A stretch of DNA of 61,747 nucleotides, the filler included. It is 4 parts of 4 records of this genome, joined end to end, with 100 filler letters (N's around TTAATTAATTAA, not from the genome) between each part and the next. Parts side by side here need not be neighbours in the genome. Positions count along the whole stretch, not along the records: positions 1 to 25,425 come from SRR31156797_21667; 3 more parts are not named here. One strand, given 5' to 3'. Below the pieces are notes generated by a model, which made no database searches, had not been told where the DNA came from, and worked only from the letters and a program-made list of their open reading frames with translations. A program made the position numbers and the translations under genes. Shown here piece after piece: positions 1-9,509 of this stretch; position 1 is the first letter of the stretch, and each line of letters opens with the position of its first letter.

Positions 1-30
1 ACCTGATCCGGGTAATGCCGGCGTAGGAAA
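1..30 (+). ncRNA. TPP (thi-box) riboswitch aptamer, 3' half (5' part outside the window)
   Basis: ACCTGATCCGGGTAATGCCGGCGTAGGAA matches the conserved thi-box 3' core (ACCUGAUC..GG.UAAU.CC.GCG.AGG.A); it lies directly upstream of a thiamine ABC operon. Confidence 0.93.
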
Positions 31-41
31 GAGAGTCAGGC

Positions 42-90
42 AACCATCTTCGATTCTTGGGCATTACCAGGAACCGGGATGGTTTTTTTA
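42..90 (+). terminator. Intrinsic terminator, the riboswitch expression platform
   Basis: Long hairpin AACCATCTTCGATTCTTGG / CCAGGAACCGGGATGGTT followed by a T run; GGCATTACC (60-68) is the exact complement of aptamer GGTAATGCC (11-19), giving an antiterminator alternative. Confidence 0.8.
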
Positions 91-114
91 TGTTTAAAAA
101 CAGGAGTGTTTATT

Positions 115-1185
115 ATGATCCACCATGTTTCAAAGGCCATGGCCCTGGTCTTCTCCTTGATTCTGGTGTTGAACCTGGCAGGGTGTTCCAGGGACGACCA
201 GCCAAAGGAAAGCGATGCTGTCCGGGAGATAACCCTGATGACCCATGACAGTTTCTCCGCAAGCGCCAGTGTGATCGAGGCGTTTGAAAAGAAGAACCAT
301 GCAAAAATCGTCTTTCTCAAGTCCGGAGACGCAGGAGAAGCCCTTAACAAGGCGATCCTTTCCAAAAACAATCCCCTGGCCGATATCTTCTACGGGGTTG
401 ACAACACCTTTTTATCAAGGGCCCTTGCCGAGGATATTTTCCATTCCTATGCCTCCCCAATGCTTGCCCGTGTGGACGAATCCCTCAGGCTTGACCCGGA
501 AAACAGGCTCGTTCCCGTGGATTACGGGGATGTTTGCATCAATTACGACCGGCAGTGGTTCAGGGAGAAAAATATCGCACCCCCTGAAAAATTGGAGGAC
601 CTGCTTGCGCCCGGATTCAAGGGACTCACGGTGGTGGAAAACCCGGCCACCTCTTCCCCGGGACTTGCCTTCCTTCTTGCCACCGTCGCCCGGTTCGGGG
701 AACAGGGGTATCTTGATTTCTGGCAGCAGCTTAAAAATAACGATGTGTTGATCACCAGCGGATGGAAAGAGGCCTACTGGGGTGAATTCTCCGCGGCCTC
801 CGAGGGCACGAGGCCCGTGGTCGTAAGCTACGCCTCAAGCCCGGCCGCCGAGGTTCATTTTTCCAAGACACCCATGGAAACGGCTCCCACCGGGGTTATG
901 ACCGGCCACGGCTCGGCCTTTCGCCAGATTGAATTTGCCGGCATCCTCAAGGGCACCCAAAAGCTTGACCTTGCAAAGAAGCTCATGGACTTCCTTCTCT
1001 CACAGGAGTTCCAGGAGGACATTCCTCTACAGATGTTCGTGTTCCCCGCCAACAGGGACGCTGCCCTTCCCGAGGTGTTCACGAAGCACGCCACCATCAC
1101 GGACGCGCCGGCTGTCATGGAATATAAAACCATTTCCGAAAAACGGGATCTCTGGATAGAGCAGTGGACAGAATCGATGTTGTAA
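115..1185 (+). CDS. thiB: Thiamine ABC transporter substrate-binding lipoprotein
   Basis: Lipobox LAGC; motifs THDSF, GVDN, PATSSPGLAFL, SYASSPA, QIEFAG; AGGAG before ATG 115; TPP riboswitch upstream. Confidence 0.92.
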   Translation: MIHHVSKAMALVFSLILVLNLAGCSRDDQPKESDAVREITLMTHDSFSASASVIEAFEKKNHAKIVFLKSGDAGEALNKAILSKNNPLADIFYGVDNTFLSRALAEDIFHSYASPMLARVDESLRLDPENRLVPVDYGDVCINYDRQWFREKNIAPPEKLEDLLAPGFKGLTVVENPATSSPGLAFLLATVARFGEQGYLDFWQQLKNNDVLITSGWKEAYWGEFSAASEGTRPVVVSYASSPAAEVHFSKTPMETAPTGVMTGHGSAFRQIEFAGILKGTQKLDLAKKLMDFLLSQEFQEDIPLQMFVFPANRDAALPEVFTKHATITDAPAVMEYKTISEKRDLWIEQWTESML

Positions 1186-2819
1186 CTGGACGGATGGGAG
1201 CGATTCCCCGGTTTGCCGTGGCCCTGGTGCCCCTTGGTTTCCTGGGAATCTTCTATTTCTATCCCTTGGCCGGCATTTTTCACCGGAGTTTTTTTTCCGG
1301 CGAGGTTTTCTCATTGGCAGCGCTCCTGGACCTGGCCGGTTCCAGGCGCATTGCGGGCATTGTATGGTTCACCCTGTGGCAGGCCGGGATATCAACCCTG
1401 TTGACCCTGGCCTGTGCGCTCCCCTGCGCCTATGTGATGGCCAACTATGAGTTCAAGGCGAAAAAGCTCATCATGACCATCGCGACCATTCCCTTTGTCC
1501 TGCCCACCATCGTGGTGGCCGCGGCATTCCAGGCCCTGGCGGGGAAGAACGGCCTGGTCGGGGGAATAAACCTTGAACACTCCATTTTCATGATCTTCCT
1601 GGCCCATGTGTTTTACAATTTCAGCGTCGTGCTGCGGATCACCACAGGGTTCTGGTCCTTTCTTCAGCGACAGATGAGCGAGGCCGCGGCCATGCTGGGC
1701 GCAAGCCCGTGGCAGGTTTTTTTCAAGGTCACCCTGCCGTTGCTCCGGCCGGCCATCCTTGCCTCGGCCATCCTCGTCTTTATCTTCTGCTTTTCCAGCT
1801 TTGGGGTGATCCTTGTTTTGGGCGGCCCCGGGTTCTCCACGGTTGAAGTGGAGATATACCGCCAGGCGGCCCACCTGTTCAATCTGCCCGCGGCGGCCGT
1901 GCTTTCACTGTTCCAGATCGGGTTCACCTTTGGGATGATGTGGATTTATACCACCCTCCAAAAGCGGATCACCACCTTTGTTCCCCAGGCGGAATCCCAT
2001 GGACTGAAGCCGGTTGCAACCCTGAAGCAGAAGCTCATGGTTGCAGCCTGCATAGGCTTTATCCTGCTCTTCTGCCTTTCTCCCATGGCCGCCCTGGTGG
2101 TGAAATCCCTGGTGTTTGAAGGCAGCCTGTCCCTTACCTTTTATAAGGAACTGTTCCTGAACACTTCTGGGTCCCTTTTTTATGTCTCGCCCGTGGACGC
2201 CGTGTCCAACTCCCTTGTGTTTGCCGCGGCAACCCTGGCCCTGGCCGTTGTCATCGGTGTGTGTGCGGCATCGACCATCCAACGGGCGAAAAAGCGGATC
2301 GGCGCCTTCCTTGACCCCATCTTCATGCTTCCCCTGTCAACCTCGGCCGTGACCCTGGGGTTCGGTATCATCATCACCCTGGACAAGCCGCCCCTCAATC
2401 TGAGGACCTCGGTGATGCTCGTGCCCATCGCCCATACCCTGGTGGCCTTTCCCTTTGTGGTTCGATCCGTGTTCCCGGCCATTTCGTCCATTCCGGGAAG
2501 TCTCAGGGAGGCGGCCTCCCTGCTGGGGGCAACTCCGGCACGGGTGTGGTACCATGTGGACCTTCCCATCATGGCAAGGGCGGTCACCGCCGGTGCCGTG
2601 TTCGCCTTTACCATGAGCCTGGGGGAGTTTGGCGCCACCCTGTTTATCGCCCGGCCAGAATTTTCAACCATGCCCGTGGCCATCTACCGGTTCCTGGGCC
2701 AGCCCGGCACCATGAACTACGGCCAGGCCATGGCTGTCTCTTCCATGCTCATGCTGGTGACGGCCGTGGGATTTTTATTTATTGAACGGTTTCGCTCCTT
2801 TGGAGACCGGGGATTTTGA
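1164..2819 (+). CDS. thiP: Thiamine ABC transporter permease (two-domain)
   Basis: Two EAA loops (EAAAMLGA, EAASLLGA), LAHVFYN, many TM helices; the start may be ATG 1194. Confidence 0.88.
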   Translation: MDRIDVVTGRMGAIPRFAVALVPLGFLGIFYFYPLAGIFHRSFFSGEVFSLAALLDLAGSRRIAGIVWFTLWQAGISTLLTLACALPCAYVMANYEFKAKKLIMTIATIPFVLPTIVVAAAFQALAGKNGLVGGINLEHSIFMIFLAHVFYNFSVVLRITTGFWSFLQRQMSEAAAMLGASPWQVFFKVTLPLLRPAILASAILVFIFCFSSFGVILVLGGPGFSTVEVEIYRQAAHLFNLPAAAVLSLFQIGFTFGMMWIYTTLQKRITTFVPQAESHGLKPVATLKQKLMVAACIGFILLFCLSPMAALVVKSLVFEGSLSLTFYKELFLNTSGSLFYVSPVDAVSNSLVFAAATLALAVVIGVCAASTIQRAKKRIGAFLDPIFMLPLSTSAVTLGFGIIITLDKPPLNLRTSVMLVPIAHTLVAFPFVVRSVFPAISSIPGSLREAASLLGATPARVWYHVDLPIMARAVTAGAVFAFTMSLGEFGATLFIARPEFSTMPVAIYRFLGQPGTMNYGQAMAVSSMLMLVTAVGFLFIERFRSFGDRGF

Positions 2820-3883
2820 TGAACGAATTTGTTTTAAAAAATATATACAAGAGCATGGGACCTTACGGGGTCCTGGAGCATATCGATCTTACCATGGAGA
2901 AAGGCGAGCGGGTCTGCCTCCTGGGCCCTTCGGGATGCGGCAAGACCACGTTGCTTCGCATTGCCGCGGGCCTGGAACAGCCCGATGCCGGGGATGTGAT
3001 CTTCCGGGGACGAAGCCTGCTTGACATTCCTCCCCACAAGCGCAACTTCGGCATGATGTTCCAGGATTTCGCCCTGTTTCCCCATCGGAACGTGTTTGAC
3101 AACATCGCCTTCGGCCTCGAGATGAAGAAGCGTTCCCGACGCGAGATCACCGACCGGGTCCATGGGATGCTGGAGCTGGTCAATCTTGAAGGGTACGGCA
3201 AACGGCGTGTGGAGGCGCTTTCTGGTGGCCAGCGCCAGCGGGTGGCCCTTGCCCGGACCCTGGCCCCCGGACCCGATCTGGTGATGCTGGACGAACCCCT
3301 GGGGTCCCTTGACCGCAGGCTCAGGGAGCGGCTCCTGGCAGACCTGTGCGCGATCCTGACCCAGACCGGGGCCACCACCATTTTCGTGACCCATGACCAG
3401 AACGAGGCCTTTGCCGCGGCGGACCGCATCTGTATGATGAACCAGGGGAGGGTTCAACAGATCGACACACCAGAAAATCTTTATGCCAATCCGTCAACCC
3501 CCTGGGTTGCGGATTTTCTTGGGTTTCAGAACATTATAAAAGGAAGGAGGGCAGGGGAGGACAGGATTGAGGCCGGGGGCGCCGTTTTTTATCCGGAACA
3601 GGCCATGGATGATAAAGCTAACACCATGGAACCGGTGTTTCTGCTGCTTCTGCCGGATGCCGCCACCCCTGTCACCGCCGGGGAGTATGAGGGGCTCCCG
3701 GGTAACCGGGTCAGGGGCGTTCTTACGGACCGCTTTTTCCAGGGAAGCTATCAGAAGATTTCCATGGAAACTGGTGCCCATGGGCGCTTGGTCTTTGAGA
3801 TGCCCGCCACCGTGATCCTTCCCAAACCCGGGGAGCCCCTTTTCCTGAAGATCGATCCCAGGGGATTAAGGCTGCTCGGTTAG
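2816..3883 (+). CDS. thiQ: ABC transporter ATP-binding subunit (ThiQ/PotA-like)
   Basis: Walker A GPSGCGKT, signature LSGGQRQR, Walker B VMLDEP, H-loop VTHDQ; in operon with thiBP. Confidence 0.85.
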   Translation: MMNEFVLKNIYKSMGPYGVLEHIDLTMEKGERVCLLGPSGCGKTTLLRIAAGLEQPDAGDVIFRGRSLLDIPPHKRNFGMMFQDFALFPHRNVFDNIAFGLEMKKRSRREITDRVHGMLELVNLEGYGKRRVEALSGGQRQRVALARTLAPGPDLVMLDEPLGSLDRRLRERLLADLCAILTQTGATTIFVTHDQNEAFAAADRICMMNQGRVQQIDTPENLYANPSTPWVADFLGFQNIIKGRRAGEDRIEAGGAVFYPEQAMDDKANTMEPVFLLLLPDAATPVTAGEYEGLPGNRVRGVLTDRFFQGSYQKISMETGAHGRLVFEMPATVILPKPGEPLFLKIDPRGLRLLG

Positions 3884-5194
3884 GACCGATGCGATATCTC
3901 CCCTTGCGAGCATGATGGCCAGGATGGCGACGCTATGGCTGTAATCGGCGTCCGACAGCCGGCGCTCGGCCGTGACAAGCAGGGTGTTTGCGTCCATCAT
4001 GTCCACGCTGTCGGCCATGCCGTAGGTGAACTGCATCTTGACCGCATTGAAATTCTCCCGGGCGGATTTGAGCTCATCCTTCAATGTTGATTGAACGCTG
4101 ATGGTTGCTTCATAGTTGAGCCAGGCCTGCTTCGCCTCGAGCAGGATCCGTTTCTTTTCCGATGCCAGGGTGTGGAGGGCTTTTCTTTCATCAGCCCTGG
4201 CCTGTTTGATGTCGGCGTCCCTGAGACCGCCGTCGAACAGGGTAAAGGTAAGGGTGGCGCCGATGGAGGTGTCCTCGGTGGTGGAGCTGCCGGAAGCGGG
4301 TTCGTCAAATTCAGACCGGGTGTGGGCATACCCTCCTTCCAGGGCCAGGGTGGGCCAGTAGGCGCTCTGCTCGAACTTCACCGTTTTTTGGGCAATTTCC
4401 AGGGCTTTCTGGGCCGCCAGGATTTCGGATCTTTTTTCCAGGGCATCCTGTTCGAGTGCTTCAAAGGAATAAACAAAGGGGGTAAACCGGGTTTCGCCCC
4501 CTTCCAGGAGCATGAAGCCGTCCTGTATGGTAACGAGGTTCTGCAATGATGCCCTCACAAGGCTCAGGTCGTTTTTCGCTATTACAAGCTGTGTTCTGGC
4601 ATTTGAGAGCTGGGCCTCTGCCCGGTAGAGGGCTGTTTTTGTCACGTCCCCCACCTTGAGTCGCTCGTTTACCGCGGTCCTGTGCTTTTCAAGCCTTTCC
4701 ACATCGGCCTGGGCGATCTCCAGGGCCCGCTTGCGGCTCAAAATTTGAAAGTAGGCGGAGGCCACCTGGAACACATAGTCGTTCCTGACGGCCGTAAGGA
4801 TCCATTGGCTCCGGTCGATGCCGTCACGGGTGATGTTGAGGGCGATCAGTTCCTTGCCGTTGAGGGTAAAGGACTGGTTCAACCGGACGCCCCGGGAGGT
4901 CTGGTCGGGATTCTTGGTGTCCGGCTCCCTGTAGGCAAGGTAGGAGCCAAAGGCGGTGGCCCTGGGCATCAGCACGGAGAGCGCCCGTCTCTTCTCCTCC
5001 ATTGCAATCACAAGGTCGTTTTCCGCAAGCTTGATCTGTTCAGCCGTCTCAAGGGCCTTTTGGCAAAGATCAACTATGGAATAGGCCGTGTCCCCGGTTG
5101 CCGGGAGCGGATTGGAACAGGCGGTGCCGAACGGGAAAATCAGTGCAAGAATCAGTAGCAGCGGCAGCGGCAAAAAGCAATAGCGGTTCATCAT
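3866..5194 (-). CDS. TolC-family outer-membrane efflux protein
   Basis: Signal peptide from MMNRYC; two OEP repeats (QVASAYFQIL...ERLKVG; YWPTLAL...TLFDGG...QFTYGMAD). Confidence 0.88.
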   Translation of the reverse strand: MMNRYCFLPLPLLLILALIFPFGTACSNPLPATGDTAYSIVDLCQKALETAEQIKLAENDLVIAMEEKRRALSVLMPRATAFGSYLAYREPDTKNPDQTSRGVRLNQSFTLNGKELIALNITRDGIDRSQWILTAVRNDYVFQVASAYFQILSRKRALEIAQADVERLEKHRTAVNERLKVGDVTKTALYRAEAQLSNARTQLVIAKNDLSLVRASLQNLVTIQDGFMLLEGGETRFTPFVYSFEALEQDALEKRSEILAAQKALEIAQKTVKFEQSAYWPTLALEGGYAHTRSEFDEPASGSSTTEDTSIGATLTFTLFDGGLRDADIKQARADERKALHTLASEKKRILLEAKQAWLNYEATISVQSTLKDELKSARENFNAVKMQFTYGMADSVDMMDANTLLVTAERRLSDADYSHSVAILAIMLARGDIASVLTEQP

Positions 5195-5210
5195 GGAAAA
5201 ATCCTTCAAT

Positions 5211-6008
5211 CTATTTAAGCGGCAGGTTTTTCTTGGCCACCCATTGGATCCATTCATACTGTTCCTTTGTAAGCACCTCTTTTTTTTCATCCACAAAGGT
5301 GAGCAGCTCTTTTGCGTTTTTAAACACCACTGAGTAGAACCCCTTGGCATAGGGACCATGGCCGATCAGGGAGATAGCGCCCTTGCCCTCGACGCCGATG
5401 AGCATCTCGTGGTTGGAAAACACCTTCAGGTCGCCTGCGCCGGATATGGTGCCGTATTTTTCCAGCTGCATTTCACGATGGACGAAAAATCCCAGGCTGA
5501 CCACAAGCACCAGGATGATCGCGGAGGCGAATTTCAGGGTGCGATTGTAGAGCAGGGGATGGAATAGATTGTTGAAGGTGATGGGCTTGGAGGAATGGAT
5601 GGCGTGCTGGAGTGCTTTTTCCTTGGCCAGAAAGGGCTTTACCACCATGCCGGTAAAGGATTCAACTTCGCTTCGGGCCGCCTGGTCCAGGGGATTGACC
5701 ATGGCCAGCTTCAGCACGTTGTTCTTTTCCATGCCCAGGGGGATGGCGCCATAGCGTTTGCAAAGATAGCGGGGAAGCTTGTCCGTCGCCTCCCTGGGAA
5801 GCGTGCCGCTGAGATCGGCGATGGGGATGCCGTGCTGGTCCGAGAGGGCGCTGAACAGCTCTTCATCCCTGATCAGCCCCATCTGTATCAAAATCTGGCC
5901 AAGGCGCCGGTTGCTGCCGGCTTGAATTCGCAGGGCCGAGTCAATTTTCTCAGAAGAAATCAGCTTTTTTTGGATCAAAATCTGACCTAACGTCTGTTTT
6001 TGCACCAT
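5211..6008 (-). CDS. MshEN/GspE-N domain membrane protein with no ATPase; predicted c-di-GMP receptor
   Basis: Tandem motifs TLGQILIQKKLISSEKIDSALRIQ and RLGQILIQMGLIRDEELFSALSDQ, then a GspE-N core (LAMVNPLD), one TM helix and a small C-terminal domain; AGGAGG before ATG 6008. Confidence 0.8.
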   Translation of the reverse strand: MVQKQTLGQILIQKKLISSEKIDSALRIQAGSNRRLGQILIQMGLIRDEELFSALSDQHGIPIADLSGTLPREATDKLPRYLCKRYGAIPLGMEKNNVLKLAMVNPLDQAARSEVESFTGMVVKPFLAKEKALQHAIHSSKPITFNNLFHPLLYNRTLKFASAIILVLVVSLGFFVHREMQLEKYGTISGAGDLKVFSNHEMLIGVEGKGAISLIGHGPYAKGFYSVVFKNAKELLTFVDEKKEVLTKEQYEWIQWVAKKNLPLK

Positions 6009-6098
6009 GGAATCCTCCTGTTCGTAGAAAGGTTTATTATTCATTACTATAAACAGTGATCATTATCAATGGTGATGTTCTAATTTTCCGCCGGGGAA

Positions 6099-6773
6099 TT
6101 AAAATGCCCCACGGGAAAAGGTGTATACCGAAATTGAAAACAGTGCCAGATTGCCGAGCATATGGATGATAACGGGCGCGGCAATGCTCTTGGACCGCTC
6201 GAACGCCAGGGCGAAGACAAGGCCGCCAATGATCTGAAATAAGGGAATTCCCGCAGTCCCGCCATGGCAGAGGGCAAAGATAAAGGTGGTCATGGCCACG
6301 GCCAGGGGAACGGAAAAGCGCCGCAGGTATCCGTAGATGATTCCCCTGAAGAAAATCTCCTCCGCCACCGGGGCGACCAGGCCGCCGGTGATGAAAAAAA
6401 GGATCAACTCCCTTCCCTTGAACGGAATGGGGGCACTTAGCATCTTCAGGGGATCGATTCCGGAGAGAAAGAGTCCCCCCAGGGCTGCGGCAACCACCAG
6501 GCCGAACACCCCGGACCAGATAAGGCCGACCCGGATTCCCCGGCCAAGGTGCTCCCTTGTCATGCCCGCCAGGGCCGGCCCCCGGGAGTGAGACCTGAGA
6601 ATCAGTACCAGCAGGAGCGCCTGGATCACCCTTAATATAAGGGTCTTCTCCAGGGGCGAAAATGAAAACGGCAACCCGGGGAGGGGCTGGGCAGCCACAA
6701 GCTCGCAAATAAATACGGTGGCCAGGGATAGAAAGAGCAGCCTGCTGAAATTATGTTCATTATGTCCTGTCAT
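6099..6773 (-). CDS. CPBP/CAAX (Abi/Rce1-like) intramembrane glutamic endopeptidase
   Basis: Motifs EEIFFRG, FALCH and IIHMLGN; ATGA overlap with the upstream gene. Confidence 0.9.
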   Translation of the reverse strand: MTGHNEHNFSRLLFLSLATVFICELVAAQPLPGLPFSFSPLEKTLILRVIQALLLVLILRSHSRGPALAGMTREHLGRGIRVGLIWSGVFGLVVAAALGGLFLSGIDPLKMLSAPIPFKGRELILFFITGGLVAPVAEEIFFRGIIYGYLRRFSVPLAVAMTTFIFALCHGGTAGIPLFQIIGGLVFALAFERSKSIAAPVIIHMLGNLALFSISVYTFSRGAF

Positions 6774-8272
6774 GGCCTGCACCTTTTAAAGGCCTGCCAG
6801 GCGTATTGCTGCTCGTACCAGTGGGGACTGGTTTCAAGGATTTCCCTGAACAGTGCCCGTGCCTTTCGTCCCCGGTCCAGGCGGGAAAGTCCCCGGATGG
6901 CGGCGCACCTGACGTTCAGGGCCGGGTCTTTCATGAGCGCCTTTAAAAGATGTACGCTGTCAGGCCGCCGGACCCGGGCCAGGGCATTGGCCAGCCAGTA
7001 CCGTTCCGGGGTGGTGCCCGTTTTCAGGCGGGCCACGGCCGTGGGATAATTCCAGATATTCCTTTTCTCCCGGCTGAGGTGACGCAGGGCCTCCACCCGG
7101 ATCCCGGGATTTTCCGAAGAGAGACGCTCGGCCAGGGTTGATGACGTTTCCGGCGCCATGGGCTGGACCGTCCAGACCAGGATCAATGGCAGAAGACCTG
7201 TGAGGAGTCCCCCTGCCGGGGCTGCAAGGACCGGGGGAAGAAAAATGCCGCCGATCCCTTTTGCCGAAACAAAGAAAACCATAAGACTGAAAATGGGCAG
7301 GGCCGTCACCAGGCCCCAGAGGCAGAGCCGGCGGAATCCCTCCCCCGTATCCGCTTTTTGGGAGAAGGCTTCGAGGTGGGGGGTCGGTGAAGAAAGAAAA
7401 TCTTTCAACCCCACCATGACGCCGTTGCCGGAAAAGAACGGGTTTAAGAATTGCGGGACCGGACTCCGGGATTTAAGGACAAAATTCCGGGAGTCGGTGG
7501 CTTTGTCCAGGATGAGATCGGCGGAGGGGGCATGGTCCACGGTGAGCCAGCCAAACCGGGCCAGGATTTTTTCCATCCTTTGCCGCCCGGCAATATCCGG
7601 ATGGATCCAGCAGGGCTTGATCACTTGCTTCCAGGGGGACTGGATCGCCTGGCTGGCCGAGGGGGTATGCCGGTAATAATAACGGACAATGGATTCCCCC
7701 GGTAGATTGTCAAAGAGAAGATGATCCCTGAGCTTGAGAAAGACCCCCGGGTCCGCCTGGGTCGCCAGAATGGTTCCCCCGATGCAGAGGGCGGCCAGGA
7801 AGGAAAACAGGCTGCCCAGTGAAACTGTCCTTCCTTTGGTTGGAGGAGAGGACGGCATGGCAATAAAAACGACCGGGGGAATCACAAGGGTGAATGCCAA
7901 TGCCTTCAGGGAGCTAAGCAGGCCGTGGTCGAGAATGAAAAATAGGTTGCAAAGGAGAAAAAGCAGGATAAAGCAAGTGGTCCGGGGCCATTTTTGTTTG
8001 ATTGCAAGGTGAAGGCACCGGCAGGCCGGAAGGGAGATCATCGTGACAAAAAGGCCCGCGGTCACGACCAGGAATTGGGCCGGGAAAAAGGCCGATGAAA
8101 ATCGGTCCAGGTTTTGAAGCACCAGGGCATTGGGCACCACCAGATGGCCTGCCCGGCACATGGCCAGGACGGCTTCTTTTAAATCAAGGTTGGCGGCCCG
8201 TACCAGAAAAAATGCAATGGTCTCCGATGCGGCAAGGCCCGAAAGTAAGGGTATTACAAGCTGTTGAACCAT
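6770..8272 (-). CDS. Polytopic membrane protein with C-terminal HEAT repeats
   Basis: Several TM segments, a soluble loop, then HEAT-like repeats (LSSENPGIRVEALRHL; LMKDPALNVRCAAIRGL). Confidence 0.65.
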   Translation of the reverse strand: MVQQLVIPLLSGLAASETIAFFLVRAANLDLKEAVLAMCRAGHLVVPNALVLQNLDRFSSAFFPAQFLVVTAGLFVTMISLPACRCLHLAIKQKWPRTTCFILLFLLCNLFFILDHGLLSSLKALAFTLVIPPVVFIAMPSSPPTKGRTVSLGSLFSFLAALCIGGTILATQADPGVFLKLRDHLLFDNLPGESIVRYYYRHTPSASQAIQSPWKQVIKPCWIHPDIAGRQRMEKILARFGWLTVDHAPSADLILDKATDSRNFVLKSRSPVPQFLNPFFSGNGVMVGLKDFLSSPTPHLEAFSQKADTGEGFRRLCLWGLVTALPIFSLMVFFVSAKGIGGIFLPPVLAAPAGGLLTGLLPLILVWTVQPMAPETSSTLAERLSSENPGIRVEALRHLSREKRNIWNYPTAVARLKTGTTPERYWLANALARVRRPDSVHLLKALMKDPALNVRCAAIRGLSRLDRGRKARALFREILETSPHWYEQQYAWQAFKRCRP

Positions 8273-8294
8273 GGATCTCGCTTCTGTTTAAGGA

Positions 8295-8792
8295 TCAGGG
8301 CCGGAATTCGATCTTGACCCTGCCGCTCATCTTGACATGTACCTCGCCCCCTTCGACCTTGAATCCTCCCAGGCCGAAAAGCCCGATTCCCGATTCGACC
8401 GGGCTTGAATACACGTCGGTATAGGCAAGCTGCTCACCAGGAATTTGGGGTTCATCCGCAGAGGTATATTCCATTTCAAAATGTTTCCAGCCCTCTTCAG
8501 GGGGATTGGCTTCAATCTTTCGATAGACCTCTTCAAAGGATTGCACGTTTTTTTTCAGGTTCTTGAGCTGGTTTGCATAGGCCAGGTTGAATGAAAGGGC
8601 CTTGTCCAGGTCTGCTTTGGTGCCCCCGGTGCTGGCATAGGCTTCGGAAAAACCGATCATGTTTCCTAAAATTCCGGTTTGGCCGGTGACTGAGCCCATC
8701 TCCTTTTTTGTAAGAGCTTTCATTTCCGCAAACACGGTTTGAATAAAAAGTACGGCGGCCAGCACTGTGATGATGTTTTTGAAGCTTTTCAT
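8295..8792 (-). CDS. Small secreted DUF6160/FilA-like paralogue (divergent arm)
   Basis: Signal peptide, then AEMKALTKKEMGSVTGQTG; C-terminal strand MSGRVKIEFRP resembles LGGRLEIAPH of 9626-10543; AGGAG before ATG 8792. Confidence 0.6.
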   Translation of the reverse strand: MKSFKNIITVLAAVLFIQTVFAEMKALTKKEMGSVTGQTGILGNMIGFSEAYASTGGTKADLDKALSFNLAYANQLKNLKKNVQSFEEVYRKIEANPPEEGWKHFEMEYTSADEPQIPGEQLAYTDVYSSPVESGIGLFGLGGFKVEGGEVHVKMSGRVKIEFRP

Positions 8793-9084
8793 GAACAACT
8801 CTCCTGCTTTTGCCCTTCTTTATTATGGACACAGTTTCTCTTTTGTAAATGGTGTTGAAGTATAGCGGTATTGGCTGGACCGGTCAAACGAAATCGTTGG
8901 GAAAGGTTTTTGCCGGTCCTTGATCGGGGGAGGGGAGGGGGAAATGAAGAACTGATTGCCGATTTTGGAATGAAATCCGTTTTATATGAAAAAAACACTA
9001 AATGAATCTCATTTAATTTGTTTAATAATTTCAACAAGATCCGATTCTCGGTAAAAAAACACATAAAAAGTTATGTTTTTTTGC

Positions 9085-9116
9085 TTGACATCTGAAGTGG
9101 AATGGTTTTTTATAAG
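9085..9116 (+). promoter_or_regulatory. Candidate sigma-70-type promoter for the rightward operon
   Basis: Perfect TTGACA at 9085-9090; TATAAG at 9111-9116 with a long 20-nt spacer. Confidence 0.4.
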
Positions 9117-9319
9117 AACACCGTTCAGGAAAGTACATACCGATCGAAAAGAAGTAAATCGATCAAAAAAGAGGGATATCGATCAAATTAGTATAAATCC
9201 CTTTAGTATCAGATGCAACTCTTTCGCAACCGTTTAATTGTTAAAAAACTTTTACAAGATGAGGATGGTCAATTCACATTCTGTTCAAGTTAAGTTTTTT
9301 ATAAGAACAATGTTCAGGA
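9105..9319 (+). repeat. 26-bp direct repeat (9105-9130 and 9294-9319) with a GAAC-N3-GTTC core
   Basis: GTTTTTTATAAGAACACCGTTCAGGA vs GTTTTTTATAAGAACAATGTTCAGGA, 24 of 26 identical. Confidence 0.8.
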
Positions 9320-9509
9320 TCAAGCGCAGGAGTTATTATCGTAGATCGGAGTTTCATTCAGGGCTGACCCCATTGAACGCCTGCAGCAGCCGGGCCCCAA
9401 AACAATTTGGGAAACGACTTGCAAACCAACCGGAGAAAGGAGGTGGGGAAACGTCAATCCGGAGCAATTGGTTCATCAGCATTGTTCGCAGGTTCAAGCT
9501 TTTAGCACC

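Noticed and set aside
79-3883. thiBPQ as part of the fibre locus
   Set aside because: It has its own TPP riboswitch and converges on TolC; an ordinary neighbour.
9116-9126. GAAC-N3-GTTC as a LexA/SOS box
   Set aside because: The Gram-positive-type box is GAAC-N4-GTTC; the spacing differs and there is no SOS gene context.
9415-9460. GCAAACCAACCGGAGAAAGGAGGTGGGGAAACG as a second, tandem GEMM aptamer
   Set aside because: It begins like P2 (GCAAACC...GG) but lacks the GAC-x-x-AAAG junction and a P3 stem; at most a decayed remnant.
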